The notes: generated from the letters alone by a model not told the origin. Counted from the first letter of the whole stretch, positions 1-10,384 are shown. The stretch: 62,459 nt of DNA, filler included, from an uncultured Methanosarcinales archaeon (GCA_964388715.1; 7 parts of 7 records of this genome joined end to end with filler, not necessarily neighbours in it); one strand, 5' to 3'. Translations and numbers: made by a program.

Positions 1-102
1 CCCTTTATAAATCTTTCGCTTTTTAATCACTAACAAGTAACAAAATATCTTCCTCTCGAATATTTCTAAAAATTTTTAAATTAACCCCTTTTTCTTAACA
101 TA

Positions 103-1074
103 ATGTCTAAAAAAGCAAACAAAATCTATCTCCAAAACTTCAAACCAAAAACATGGTTTGGAAGATGTATCTTTCTTAGTTGGTATTGCCACCTTGGAAC
201 ATGTAAATTCTGCTTTAGATCAACAATTAAGCATAAGATAAAACATGCAAAAACAGCAAGAAGATCCCTTCCTTCAATACTTACAGACGCAATCATTGGA
301 AAAAACCTTAATTGGCGCATTGAATTCCTAACAGGCGGCTACAAAATCTTTCCTTTCAAAGATATCCTTAAAATAGCAAAATATGTTTCACAAATATACA
401 ACCAAAAAATCTGGATCAACTTAGGCACATTAAAAAAATCAGAACTTATCAAACTAAAACCATATGTTGAAGGTGTTTGCGCATCAATTGAAACAACCAA
501 TCCAAGTTTACACAATAAATTATGCCCAGACAAACCAATCAAACCATACTCAGACATGTTAAAATTAGCAGATTCATTAGGTTTCAAAAAATCAATCACA
601 ATAGTAATTGGTTTAGGAGAAAAAAAACAAGACTTCCCTCTGCTAAAAAAATTCATCCAAGAACATAAATTAGACAGAATAACTTTCTATGCACTAAAAC
701 CAGTCAAAACAACTATCTTCAAAAAGAGCCCATCAAAAAGTTACTATGCATGGTGGATCTCTCAAACAAGAATAGCTTTCCCAAAACTAGAAATCATTGC
801 AGGTCTTACACCAAAAAAACCAGAATACACAAAAGTAATTCTAAATTCAGGTGCAAATGCAATCACAAAATTCCCAGCAATAAGATTATTCAACTCAAAA
901 AAAGCAAAACTAATTGAAAAACAAGTTAAAGAATCAAACAGAACCTTTGCAAGCACACTAACAAAACTTCCAAACATTGACTGGAACAAAGAAGTTGACA
1001 AATTAAAACTTAGCAAAGATCTAAAACAAAAAACAAAACTAAAATTAAACCAATATCTTGCTAAAATGACTTAA
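103..1074 (+). CDS. Radical SAM protein, biotin-synthase-like (BioB-related) archaeal family
   Basis: 323-aa ORF with an N-terminal Cys cluster CHLGTCKFC (Cx4Cx2C variant) and TIM-barrel-type motifs (SIET, IVIGLGE, GANAI). The substrate cannot be determined from sequence. Confidence 0.75.
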   Translation: MSKKANKIYLQNFKPKTWFGRCIFLSWYCHLGTCKFCFRSTIKHKIKHAKTARRSLPSILTDAIIGKNLNWRIEFLTGGYKIFPFKDILKIAKYVSQIYNQKIWINLGTLKKSELIKLKPYVEGVCASIETTNPSLHNKLCPDKPIKPYSDMLKLADSLGFKKSITIVIGLGEKKQDFPLLKKFIQEHKLDRITFYALKPVKTTIFKKSPSKSYYAWWISQTRIAFPKLEIIAGLTPKKPEYTKVILNSGANAITKFPAIRLFNSKKAKLIEKQVKESNRTFASTLTKLPNIDWNKEVDKLKLSKDLKQKTKLKLNQYLAKMT

Positions 1075-1354
1075 AAAACCAGAAATCTATTATTTTAAAT
1101 TTCTTAAACCCTTTTGACTTTTCCATTTTAATCTTAATTTTATCAACTCTTGCTAAAAAACTCCCTTTTTTACAACATAACAACATTTTATCAACATTTT
1201 TCTTATCACTTTCAAAGACAGCTTCAACACTACCATTCTTTTGATTCTTAACCCAACCATTAATTCCTAGAAATTTTGCCTTTAACCAAATATAAAATCT
1301 AAAGCCAACTCTCTGCACTCTCCCATACATAAAAACATGAACTTGCATTTTCAA
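1061..1354 (-). CDS. acyP: Acylphosphatase
   Basis: Motif GRVQRVGFR...LGINGWVKN..NGSVEAV matches the acylphosphatase signature GRVQGVGFR/GWVRN. An ATG at 1348 is an alternative start. Confidence 0.85.
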   Translation of the reverse strand: MKMQVHVFMYGRVQRVGFRFYIWLKAKFLGINGWVKNQKNGSVEAVFESDKKNVDKMLLCCKKGSFLARVDKIKIKMEKSKGFKKFKIIDFWFFKSF

Positions 1355-2016
1355 TATTTTATCTTATGTTTTTCTTTATACCATAATACAAATATAAATT
1401 CTATTGCTAACAATAAAGCAAACTCACACAAAACACTACCAAATTTAATTTTAAATGCTGGCAAAAATACTAAAAAGATGTGAGTTGGTACGGTAAATAT
1501 AAACATTCCCAACATACCTAAATAAAATAATCTTTTCTCATACTTAGTTTTTGCACTAACTGTTCCAAAATAAAACAAAATAACTGCTCCAACCAAATAC
1601 ATAATATAATACAAGGAGTACAGTTTATTTAGCAAACTAATTCGTTGATACTGTATAAAAATAGTTGAACATACTGCAGGTTGTTTATAATAAAAAATGA
1701 AAAATAAGATAAACATTATTGCAGGAGAATAAATCAAAAGATCCCAATAATATTTTAACTTTTTCCTATACATAATCAATGCATATGAAATCCCTATTGC
1801 AGGTAACAAAGCTGTCACACCCATTGCTAGTATTGTAAAAATACGTACCCCTGTAACACATATCAAAAATTCATTTAATTGATAGAAACCAAGTAGAAAA
1901 GAAACTAATGCAATTATTCTATTTAACTTATCTTTAGGATTCTTTAAAAAGAAAAATATAGCTAACAAAAACTCAATAACAAACGTTGACAATGATACAT
2001 ACGGCGCAAAACACAT
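1351..2016 (-). CDS. Polytopic membrane protein of unknown function (about 7 TM helices)
   Basis: 221-aa ORF with repeated hydrophobic segments, in the same transcriptional direction as its neighbours and closely spaced. Confidence 0.7.
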   Translation of the reverse strand: MCFAPYVSLSTFVIEFLLAIFFFLKNPKDKLNRIIALVSFLLGFYQLNEFLICVTGVRIFTILAMGVTALLPAIGISYALIMYRKKLKYYWDLLIYSPAIMFILFFIFYYKQPAVCSTIFIQYQRISLLNKLYSLYYIMYLVGAVILFYFGTVSAKTKYEKRLFYLGMLGMFIFTVPTHIFLVFLPAFKIKFGSVLCEFALLLAIEFIFVLWYKEKHKIKY

Positions 2017-2038
2017 TTTTATTCAAATTCCTCCAAAT

Positions 2039-2545
2039 TTAACCAAGCCACATTGATATTAAACTACCTACCCAATAGGAAATAATTACTACAAACAAAG
2101 CTAATAAAAGATGTCCAATTATTAATTTTACTGCATTTTCCTTTTTAATTCTAGCAATATAATAATTAAGAGAGATTATCAGAAATATACCCCAACCAAC
2201 TGCAACAAATACAGCAGTCCTTAAAGTAAAAATCAAAATAGGAATCACAAAAGTTAAAATAAAAACAGTTACAAAAAGAAAAGTAAAAATAGTGGATAAC
2301 CAAACTTCTTTGTGACTATGCTTAATTTCGCCTTTTTCAATCTCTGTTTCTTCGGCAACATGAATCCCAGCAGCATCTGCTAAACCATCTGCTATTGCCA
2401 TTATTATAATTCCTGCAACAACTGCCAACTTAGATGAAGTTGCTGCATGTAACCCTACAATCATTCCAAGAGCAGTAATCACTCCCGAAGTTAAACCAAA
2501 CGAAATTCCAGTAATAAATTGATGGGAATATTTCATCTTATTCAT
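2039..2545 (-). CDS. VIT1/CCC1-family membrane transporter-like protein
   Basis: Motifs FGLTSGVITALGMIVG and IIMAIADGLADAAGIHVAEE, with about 5 TM segments, are typical of short prokaryotic VIT1/CCC1 proteins. Confidence 0.75.
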   Translation of the reverse strand: MNKMKYSHQFITGISFGLTSGVITALGMIVGLHAATSSKLAVVAGIIIMAIADGLADAAGIHVAEETEIEKGEIKHSHKEVWLSTIFTFLFVTVFILTFVIPILIFTLRTAVFVAVGWGIFLIISLNYYIARIKKENAVKLIIGHLLLALFVVIISYWVGSLISMWLG

Positions 2546-3755
2546 ACCTCAATGCATCAACAGGTTTTAACTTACTAGCTTGTCTTGCTGGGAAAAACCC
2601 TGAAAACGCTCCAACAAAAAATGCAAACAATAAACAACCAAGTGTTAATTGCCATGGAAATGCAGGTTGTAACATGGTATATCCAGCACCAGCAGCAATT
2701 GCACCACCACCACTTGATATTAAATAACCTAAACCAATTCCAAGCAACCCACCAATAATTCCTAATAAACCAGACTCAAATATAAATATTACCATTATGT
2801 CAGAATTTCTTGCACCAATAGCTTTCATCACACCTATCTCTTGTGTTCTTTCAAGCACAGCAGTGTACATTGTATTCATTATATTCACAGCAGCAACAAC
2901 CATTGAAATTAGTGCAATTAAAACCAATACACCATTTACAATTCCAAATATATTGGTAAACATTTCCATTGCTTGTTCAAATGTTTGAATTGTAAAATCT
3001 TCTTGCCCTTCTTTTTGCCCTTTATACTTCCGGAATTTCTCTTCAGCTCTCTCACCAACTTCAGTTGGGTTAAAATCAGAAGCAACTCGCGCTAAAACCC
3101 ATTGAAATTTATCTTTTGTATCAGGTTCAATAGCTAACAAACCCTCTTCTGTAAAATAAATATTACTATCATCCTGTGGATTACCAATCTGTTCAAAAAA
3201 ACCAACAACTTCAACAGAAACACCATTTACAGTAATTTTATCACCCAACACAAGACGTCTATCAAAAATCTCATTATCAAACAAATAATTATAACCTAAC
3301 ACAACTTTAGATGTATCACCATCTTTTAGAAATCTTCCTTTTTCCAGATCAACTGTCATCATTTCTTTAAATATTTCCTGAGCTTTTCCACCAGTAGGAA
3401 AACTCATTCCAAAAGCATATCTTTTTTGTTTTTTATGTTCAACCTCAGCATTAATAAGATAAGTACCAACAATAGTTTCTATGCCTCTTATTTTACCTAA
3501 AAAATCAACTTCTTCTTTAGCTATGTAAAAGTCAAGGTCAAACCCTGAAGATTGTAAACCTTTTGACATTATCATTAACTTATCAACACCCATTTGTGTT
3601 GAAATATCCTCAACATAAATTGAAAGACCTTGACCAAAACTAACTAACGCATATATTGCAGCAATACCAATTAGAATAGAAATTATTGTAAGCGAACTTC
3701 GCATTCTTCTATGCAATACATTATCCACTGAATATTTCAAATAATCTAATTTCAT
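2538..3755 (-). CDS. ABC transporter permease, MacB/FtsX family
   Basis: N-terminal RSSLTIISILIGI TM, a large extracytoplasmic loop, a C-terminal FtsX domain IMNTMYTAVLERTQEIGVMKAIGA, and the ending PVDALRYE. Confidence 0.92.
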   Translation of the reverse strand: MKLDYLKYSVDNVLHRRMRSSLTIISILIGIAAIYALVSFGQGLSIYVEDISTQMGVDKLMIMSKGLQSSGFDLDFYIAKEEVDFLGKIRGIETIVGTYLINAEVEHKKQKRYAFGMSFPTGGKAQEIFKEMMTVDLEKGRFLKDGDTSKVVLGYNYLFDNEIFDRRLVLGDKITVNGVSVEVVGFFEQIGNPQDDSNIYFTEEGLLAIEPDTKDKFQWVLARVASDFNPTEVGERAEEKFRKYKGQKEGQEDFTIQTFEQAMEMFTNIFGIVNGVLVLIALISMVVAAVNIMNTMYTAVLERTQEIGVMKAIGARNSDIMVIFIFESGLLGIIGGLLGIGLGYLISSGGGAIAAGAGYTMLQPAFPWQLTLGCLLFAFFVGAFSGFFPARQASKLKPVDALRYE

Positions 3756-4972
3756 TTTGAGTAACGCAACGCATCAACAGGATGTAACTTTGATGCTCTT
3801 AATGCAGGAGTTATTCCTGCAATACACCCAACAAGGAATGAAAATGCAAGTGCACCACCTACAAGCCATATTGAAACATGTGCTTGTATCAAACCAGAAC
3901 CTAACTGCATAGCACCAATAAAAGCTAATCCATAAGCTAAACTAACACCAATAATTACACCAATTACTCCACCAGTCATACCTAATAATCCAGACTCAAT
4001 AAAAAATAACAGAAAAATATCACTATTCCTTGCACCAATTGACTTCATTATACCAATCTCTTTTGTTCTTTCAACAACAGCAGTATACATTGTATTTGCT
4101 ATTCCAATCCCACCAACAACTAATGAAATTCCAGCAATAATATAAACAAACAATTGCACTGCAAACAAAGTATCATTAAGTGCACCCAAAGCATCAATTG
4201 CAAGCTCAACCTTAAAATTCTCCTCGCCTTCTTTAACACTTCTTTCTTTTCTTAATAATTTTTCAATATCTTCTTTTACTTGATTTCCATTAGCTCCTTT
4301 ATTCATCTTAACAGCCACAATACTAACTTCATCTGTACCATCAAAAAGATCCCTCAATGGTTCATCATTCATAAGAACAACACCATCAAGAATAAAATTT
4401 CCTGACTTTTTTAGAATACCTACAACTTCAAAAGGTTTATCATTAATCAAAACTCTATCTCCAGAGTTCATACCTTTTCCAAAAGTATCATCATCCAAAA
4501 AATTATTTCCAAGAACAACCTTATTCCTGTCACCATCTTTAAGCATTCTACCTTGTTCAGGCTTAAGTCCTATCATTTCTTCAACAACCTTCCTATGTAC
4601 ACCATCAGGCATACTACCAGCCATGCCAAACGCAAGCTTGTCATTAAATTCCATGGTACCACTTTCTAACAATCTGTTTATAGCATACTTTACACCAGGT
4701 ATTTTAGCAATCTCATCTGCATAACTTTCTTCTAAAGGATCAACAGCACCAGTCCCAGGTGGACCATACTGTAAACCAGAAGCTTGTACAGTAATAATAT
4801 CTGGTCCAAGCATATTAAACTGAGAATTAATAGCATTTCTTAACCCTTCTCCTAATCCAATTAAAGAAACAACAGCAGCAATACCAATAAAAATACCAAT
4901 CATGGTTAGCCAACTACGTAACTTCCTCTTTCTAAGAGTTCCAAAAGCATATTTTACATAATCTTTTAACAT
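3752..4972 (-). CDS. ABC transporter permease, MacB/FtsX family (paralogue)
   Basis: Motifs RSWLTMIGIFIGI, GIANTMYTAVVERTKEIGIMKSIGA and PVDALRY. The start is placed at ATG 4972 (MLKDY) because the 5053 start overlaps the upstream gene. Confidence 0.92.
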   Translation of the reverse strand: MLKDYVKYAFGTLRKRKLRSWLTMIGIFIGIAAVVSLIGLGEGLRNAINSQFNMLGPDIITVQASGLQYGPPGTGAVDPLEESYADEIAKIPGVKYAINRLLESGTMEFNDKLAFGMAGSMPDGVHRKVVEEMIGLKPEQGRMLKDGDRNKVVLGNNFLDDDTFGKGMNSGDRVLINDKPFEVVGILKKSGNFILDGVVLMNDEPLRDLFDGTDEVSIVAVKMNKGANGNQVKEDIEKLLRKERSVKEGEENFKVELAIDALGALNDTLFAVQLFVYIIAGISLVVGGIGIANTMYTAVVERTKEIGIMKSIGARNSDIFLLFFIESGLLGMTGGVIGVIIGVSLAYGLAFIGAMQLGSGLIQAHVSIWLVGGALAFSFLVGCIAGITPALRASKLHPVDALRYSK

Positions 4973-4991
4973 TTTAAAAAAAGAAAAAAAA

Positions 4992-6239
4992 TTACTTTTT
5001 ACCTTTCTTCTTTTTCCACTTTTTCTTGTAATACCAGTATCCACCACCTGCAATCAATAACAAAAAGATTACAGTTCCTGTATAACTCTTCTTTGGAACA
5101 AGGCCATATTTAGTAGCTTCTCTTGAAGAATATGTTTTCAAAGGCAAATCTAGGTTTTGATTATATTCTCTATTATTTGCATCCATAAATGTTATATCTA
5201 ATGGTAAAACAACCTCGCTTGCCTTAGGATTTACATATAAATCAAAATCAGCTGTTTCATAATCATCAGAGTCAACATTACCTAGGTAAACATCCTGTGC
5301 TGAAAGTATTTTATAATCATCACTTTCCCTTAGCTTCACATGTAAAAACTTAACATCACTCACACCTTTGTTAACAAGTTTAACAGATACTTTTCCATAC
5401 TGTCCAGCACTTTTTATTTCTGAATCATCAACAAAAATCACTAAATCTGGGTCAGCTCCAATCATAATTCCAATTACATCCTTAACACTATATTTAGTAT
5501 CAACTTCATCATAGTAAGAGATATTTACCGGAATTTTGTAAAGACCTGAATCAGAATCAGGCAATGCTCTTACCCTGAAGTCCAATTCTTGCTCTTTTCC
5601 AGCTGACAATTTCTTTATTTTTTTCTCTGTCACAGAATCAACAGGTGCAAGAGGTGTTGATGAATCAGATAAATCAAGTCTAAATTTAATGTCATCCATT
5701 GTTGAATCAGCTAAATTTTTTATTTTAACTGTAATCAATCCTAAATTACCTGGCGCAATTACTTCTGGTTTTGTTTCAACACTTGCAACACTTAATGTAG
5801 CATCAATTGACCTTATGTTAATGTCAAAAGGATCAACTTCAATCCATGAACTTCCATCAACACTATATTCCACAGTAATTTCATTTGTACCTTCAACAGC
5901 ACCTTTATCAATTATCACTCTATACTTTACAACAACACCAACATCACCTGTTTGTTGACCTTGTATACTTCCAATATCCTTTTCACTTTTTTCAGATGCA
6001 TACATTGAAAAAGGGTATTCCTCTACAACCCTAAACCTAACATTTCTTGCATTTGATGAACCAAGATTCTCAACTTTGAACCTCAGATCAGCAAAATGAC
6101 CAGGTTCAATAGGGTCAGGATCCTGACTTACCAATGTAACTTTAATCTGTACCCCTTCAAGAGGTTGATCTACACTTATTATTGCCATTACACATTGTAA
6201 TACAAGCAAACTTACCATAAATAAAACTATTTTTTTCAT
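4992..6239 (-). CDS. COG1361 S-layer-family / multi-Ig membrane-anchored protein
   Basis: Signal peptide, QDPDPIEPG..DLRFKVENLG, repeated CARDB-like Ig domains, and a C-terminal TM followed by a Lys-rich tail. This is the usual partner of archaeal MacB-type ABC operons. Confidence 0.8.
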   Translation of the reverse strand: MKKIVLFMVSLLVLQCVMAIISVDQPLEGVQIKVTLVSQDPDPIEPGHFADLRFKVENLGSSNARNVRFRVVEEYPFSMYASEKSEKDIGSIQGQQTGDVGVVVKYRVIIDKGAVEGTNEITVEYSVDGSSWIEVDPFDINIRSIDATLSVASVETKPEVIAPGNLGLITVKIKNLADSTMDDIKFRLDLSDSSTPLAPVDSVTEKKIKKLSAGKEQELDFRVRALPDSDSGLYKIPVNISYYDEVDTKYSVKDVIGIMIGADPDLVIFVDDSEIKSAGQYGKVSVKLVNKGVSDVKFLHVKLRESDDYKILSAQDVYLGNVDSDDYETADFDLYVNPKASEVVLPLDITFMDANNREYNQNLDLPLKTYSSREATKYGLVPKKSYTGTVIFLLLIAGGGYWYYKKKWKKKKGKK

Positions 6240-6243
6240 GTTA

Positions 6244-6942
6244 TCACCTTTTTTTTCTTTTTTCTTTGATTATTTGCCCATCTCTAAGATAAGCAATTCG
6301 TTGAGCATGATTTGCAATATCATCATCATGCGTAACCATAACAATTGTTTTCTTTTCTTTCTTATTTAATCTCATCAAAAATTCAATCACACTTTCTCCT
6401 GTTGCTGAATCAAGATTACCAGTTGGTTCATCAGCAAGAACAACTTCTGGATTATTTGCAAGACTTCTTGCAATTGCAACTCTCTGCTGTTGTCCTCCAC
6501 TTAATTCAGTAGGTTTGTGATGCATTCTATCACCTAATTCTACCATCCTTAGTAATTTCTCACCCCTTCTAATCCTTTCATTATAAGTATATCCTTGAAA
6601 TGTCATTGGCAACATCACATTTTCAAGCGCACTTAAGGTAGGAATTAAATTAAACTGTTGAAAAATAAATCCAATTTTTTTACCTCTTATCTGAGCAAGA
6701 TCACTCTCACTCATCTCAGCAATATTTTCATTATCAAGATATATTGAACCTTGTGAAGGAGTATCAAGACAACCAACCATGTTCATTGCAGTACTTTTTC
6801 CACTTCCAGAAGGACCCATAATAGCAACAAACTCTCCTTCTTTTATTTCCATATCTAATCCACGCAATGCTTTGACTTCTACTTCTCCCATTTTATAAAT
6901 CTTCCATACATTATTTAGTTTAATTATTGTTTTTTTTGTCAT
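6244..6942 (-). CDS. ABC transporter ATP-binding protein (LolD/MacB type)
   Basis: Walker A GPSGSGKS, signature LSGGQQQR, Walker [13 protein letters not shown] and H-loop VTHD. Confidence 0.95.
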   Translation of the reverse strand: MTKKTIIKLNNVWKIYKMGEVEVKALRGLDMEIKEGEFVAIMGPSGSGKSTAMNMVGCLDTPSQGSIYLDNENIAEMSESDLAQIRGKKIGFIFQQFNLIPTLSALENVMLPMTFQGYTYNERIRRGEKLLRMVELGDRMHHKPTELSGGQQQRVAIARSLANNPEVVLADEPTGNLDSATGESVIEFLMRLNKKEKKTIVMVTHDDDIANHAQRIAYLRDGQIIKEKRKKR

Positions 6943-7355
6943 TTTAATCTTGAAAGTTCGTTTGTTGTATTCTTTAATATTCTTTTAATGTCTTTTTCAT
7001 GTTTGCCTTGTTTTAATTTATTTAACAAATCAGCAAAAACACCAATACCACACTCAAAAACAGAATCAAAAGTCCTTACATTTGAAGCAAGATTATCAAT
7101 AAGTTCATCCTTTTTCTGGTTAAGCTCATTAAAATACTCTTTTCCTTTACTTGTAATAAAATAATTCTTCTTTCTACCATCTTTCTTCACTGTTAAACAT
7201 CCTTCTTTAAGTAATGAATCAAGCAAAGGATACATTGAACCAGGACTAGGTTTCCACCCACTTACTTCCTCAATCCTCTTCATTAACCCATACCCAGAAA
7301 GCGGTTTGTCTAGTAAAGACTTCAGAACAACCAATTTTAAGTGTTTTTGTGCCAT
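6939..7355 (-). CDS. PadR-family transcriptional regulator
   Basis: Motif PLSGYGLMKRIEE..WKPSPGSMYPLL..L..EG...RKKNYFITSKGK. First gene of the ABC operon, with an ATGA overlap to the next gene. Confidence 0.9.
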   Translation of the reverse strand: MAQKHLKLVVLKSLLDKPLSGYGLMKRIEEVSGWKPSPGSMYPLLDSLLKEGCLTVKKDGRKKNYFITSKGKEYFNELNQKKDELIDNLASNVRTFDSVFECGIGVFADLLNKLKQGKHEKDIKRILKNTTNELSRLK

Positions 7356-7363
7356 TATATTGC

Positions 7364-7433
7364 TATCGTTTTCGATATATTGGTGTTGATATATCTATAC
7401 TGTTATATTGTTTATGATATATCGTAAACGATA
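7364..7433 (-). promoter_or_regulatory. Two palindromic operators TATCG-N4-CGATA, probable PadR sites, downstream of a TATA box
   Basis: tatcgttttcgata at 7364-7377 and tatcgtaaacgata at 7420-7433. A minus-strand TATA (TTTATATATAAG) lies at about 7434-7446. Confidence 0.7.
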
Positions 7434-7561
7434 CTTATATATAAACTTTACGGTTTTAAAAAACAAATTATTTTACAAAACATTTAAAAATAAACCTTAA
7501 TTTAAGCCCATCAGAGGCGATAAACAACCTCATTCATTCTGAGGTATATGGAGGAAAAATA

Positions 7562-7900
7562 ATGTTAGAAAAACCAGAAATCTTAATCTTTGCAGAAGAA
7601 GATTTTGCTACTTCATATATTGAAGCAGTAGAAACAGATGAATACAAATGGGATCTTGAACCAAAATTGACAGATACTGTTAGAGCAGAAATCCAACAAA
7701 ATCCTGATAAGTACAAAGCAATAATTATTGATGAATTATATGAAGATATGGTCCCTGAATTAAAACAAATATATAGGGGTCCAATAATTGAAATCTGCTC
7801 AATATTTAAAAAACCAATTGAAGGAGTAACAATGGTCCTAGGAGCAGGATATGATTTTGGTAAACGACTAAAAATAACTTTAGAAAGATTAATCAACTAA
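7562..7900 (+). CDS. Hypothetical protein, possible degenerate CheY-like receiver domain
   Basis: 112 aa with GGAGG upstream. The segments ILIFAEED, AIIIDE and PIIEICS are spaced like receiver beta1, beta3 and beta4. Confidence 0.5.
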   Translation: MLEKPEILIFAEEDFATSYIEAVETDEYKWDLEPKLTDTVRAEIQQNPDKYKAIIIDELYEDMVPELKQIYRGPIIEICSIFKKPIEGVTMVLGAGYDFGKRLKITLERLIN

Positions 7901-7966
7901 TAATTCTTTTTTATCTATTTAAACTTATCACAACATTTAAAAATCACAACAATTTCTCCAAGTAAT

Positions 7967-8548
7967 ATGAGGCGTAGAAAGAAAAAATTCAACTATGGCA
8001 TTGTAATTTCTTTATTTATAGCATTTACAATGATATTCAGTGTCTTCATGTATGGTCTTGGTGATAAGGCTGTTGAAACAGAATTCACATACAATGGCCA
8101 AGAATTCATAAGAACAGAAGATTACTGGCTAACAAGAGTTGGTAATGGCAATTTAAAAACACATTATCATCCATTAGATGTTGAAAATATCAATGTTTCA
8201 GATGAAATCATAAACAAACTCAAAAACACACAAATGTTTTACACAACATTTGATCCAAACCAAGAAACACTATCTTTTATTGATTTAGTACGATTTGATA
8301 TCAAACCAATGTTAGCAATGAAAAACATCTTTTTAGTTGATGGTATACTTGAAAATACATCAAATTACAATTTACCAATCATAACATGCGAAAACACAAC
8401 AGCTTTTGTCCCAGTTATACTTTTCAAAGAAAGTAATCAAACAAAGATATACTTAGAAAACGACTGTATTATTGCAGAATCACCTTATGACTTAAATCAA
8501 GTAAGAATAAAAGACAGATTATTATTCGCAATCTTTAACATTATTTAA
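7967..8548 (+). CDS. Membrane-anchored hypothetical protein (DPANN-type), paralogue of the next gene
   Basis: N-terminal TM, then YNGQEF...ITC...NDCII...DRLLF, motifs shared with 8550-9233. Confidence 0.7.
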   Translation: MRRRKKKFNYGIVISLFIAFTMIFSVFMYGLGDKAVETEFTYNGQEFIRTEDYWLTRVGNGNLKTHYHPLDVENINVSDEIINKLKNTQMFYTTFDPNQETLSFIDLVRFDIKPMLAMKNIFLVDGILENTSNYNLPIITCENTTAFVPVILFKESNQTKIYLENDCIIAESPYDLNQVRIKDRLLFAIFNII

Positions 8549-8549
8549 A

Positions 8550-9233
8550 ATGGAACAGGAAAACAAAGAGGATTTAGCTAAACACGAAAAAAAGACAAAT
8601 AAAGTATTTACATATACAATATTTTTTCTTATCCTTGTATTCATTACACTTTTTGCAGTACGTTTCTGTTCAATGAAAAAAGATCAAGGCCCAGTTACAT
8701 TAGATGACATGGTCACAAAAACAGTAGAAGGTGAAATGACAGAAGATAACTTCTTGTACAATGGCTTTGCATTTGTAAAAGTAGATAATCTATGGTACAC
8801 TCAAATCCAAGTTGGAAAAAAACTATTTGATTTACCACTTCACTTTAATCCTGCAGAAAGCCTAGAAGTCCCAATACAAGGACAAGTTAATGATATATTC
8901 AAAGAAGCAAAAAAAGTATATGTTACATTTGATCCAACAGGTGAAAAATTAGCATTTGTTGCACTTGCAGTAGGAGAACTTGACCTTAGTTTAATTAACA
9001 TAATGCAACTTGAGGTTATTGCAGCCTGTGACAGAAATGAAACAGAGGCATGTGCTGAAAGACCAATAAAAACATGTGAAGATAGTGATGATGCAGTTAT
9101 TTACATTAAACAACAAGAACCTACTCAAGTTACATTAAATAACAACTGTATCATTATCCAAGGAGATGAACGAGAACTTACAAAAGCAACAGACAGATTA
9201 TTATACCATTGGTTAAGTGTAATCCCACCTTAA
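8550..9233 (+). CDS. Membrane-anchored hypothetical protein (DPANN-type), paralogue of the previous gene
   Basis: N-terminal TM, then YNGFAF...TFDP...IKTC...NNCIIIQG...DRLLY. 1-nt gap to the previous gene. Confidence 0.7.
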   Translation: MEQENKEDLAKHEKKTNKVFTYTIFFLILVFITLFAVRFCSMKKDQGPVTLDDMVTKTVEGEMTEDNFLYNGFAFVKVDNLWYTQIQVGKKLFDLPLHFNPAESLEVPIQGQVNDIFKEAKKVYVTFDPTGEKLAFVALAVGELDLSLINIMQLEVIAACDRNETEACAERPIKTCEDSDDAVIYIKQQEPTQVTLNNNCIIIQGDERELTKATDRLLYHWLSVIPP

Positions 9234-9234
9234 T

Positions 9235-9474
9235 TTATTCTTCTTCAAGCCTATCTCCACCAGTTTCTTCTCTAGCTTCTGTTTCAGGCTCTTCATGCTT
9301 AGGCTTATTTGTAAGATCAATATAACCTTCTCTTTTTTTATAGAAATAACCATATAGTGATATAACAAACCCAATTAGAATAAATATAATTCCAAACTTA
9401 CCTACTAAAGTAAATAAGGATAAAATTCCTAATAACAATAATACAATTCCCAAAATAACAAATTTTTTTTCCAT
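9235..9474 (-). CDS. Small two-TM membrane protein
   Basis: 79 aa with two hydrophobic helices and an acidic tail. Confidence 0.6.
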   Translation of the reverse strand: MEKKFVILGIVLLLLGILSLFTLVGKFGIIFILIGFVISLYGYFYKKREGYIDLTNKPKHEEPETEAREETGGDRLEEE

Positions 9475-9503
9475 TTTTAAAAAAGATAAAAAAAATAATT
9501 TAT

Positions 9504-10343
9504 TTAACTTCTTGAACTCTTTCCTAGGAGATACACAACTAACAATACTATAATTACAATTGCAATTATAATATATAATGTCATGTTTCCAGTTTTTAAG
9601 CCGTGTCCTAGATCAATTACTTCTTCAGCATTACAACTTGCTTTTCCTTCAGGACATGCTGGTTCTTCCATCTTAGCTACAAATGGAATTGTTTTGTCAA
9701 GTCTAATTTCTCTGTAATCTGAATCTGTTACTGCTTCAATATACTCAGCATTCATCTTTTGGTAAAGCTTTTTACCTGGAAGAGTTTTTGACACTGTTCT
9801 TGTAACAGGTTCTTGTACAGTTTCAGTAACATTCTTCAATACAGTTACCATTTGTGTTTCATTTTCTCCTGTCTCTTCGTTAAACACAATTTGTTCTTCT
9901 TCTACTTCTACTTCAGTTGTAACTTCTTTTTCTTCCATCTCAGTTACTTCTTCTTCAACTGCTTCACCAGCTTCTTCTTTAAATGGTATATACTTAATTG
10001 TACATCCACTTCTTTTGTCACCAACTGTATCAGCTTCCAATGTTAAACTCATTGACTTTTGACTTGGTCCAACATCAATAGTAAACTTTGGTCCTACATA
10101 TTGAGCAGCACCAGAACCAACACCTTCGGTTCCTGAAACAACTGCATCATCAGGACTTCTACACCATAAGAAACCAGTTATCTTATGATCCATGTCAGTA
10201 TTCACTACATCAAAAATTAACTCTGCTGATTTTTCTTTTGCAATACCAGGATTAGTCCTTTTTAACTGTATGCTTAGACCTGATGCCAAAACAGTACTAG
10301 CTAGAAGAAGACCCATCACGAGCATCACTAAAAATTTTTTCAT
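9504..10343 (-). CDS. Secreted, C-terminally anchored protein with an Ig-like domain and an E/V/T-rich insert
   Basis: Signal peptide MKKFLVMLVMGLLLASTVLA, upstream GGAGGT RBS, and a C-terminal TM helix. Confidence 0.75.
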   Translation of the reverse strand: MKKFLVMLVMGLLLASTVLASGLSIQLKRTNPGIAKEKSAELIFDVVNTDMDHKITGFLWCRSPDDAVVSGTEGVGSGAAQYVGPKFTIDVGPSQKSMSLTLEADTVGDKRSGCTIKYIPFKEEAGEAVEEEVTEMEEKEVTTEVEVEEEQIVFNEETGENETQMVTVLKNVTETVQEPVTRTVSKTLPGKKLYQKMNAEYIEAVTDSDYREIRLDKTIPFVAKMEEPACPEGKASCNAEEVIDLGHGLKTGNMTLYIIIAIVIIVLLVVYLLGKSSRS

Positions 10344-10384
10344 TTTATCAACCTCCTTTAGTTTTATTTACTTATTTTATATAT

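Noticed and set aside
1061..1354. Acylphosphatase inactivation (GRVQR instead of GRVQG)
   Set aside because: The catalytic Arg and Asn are retained, and a single loop substitution is insufficient evidence.
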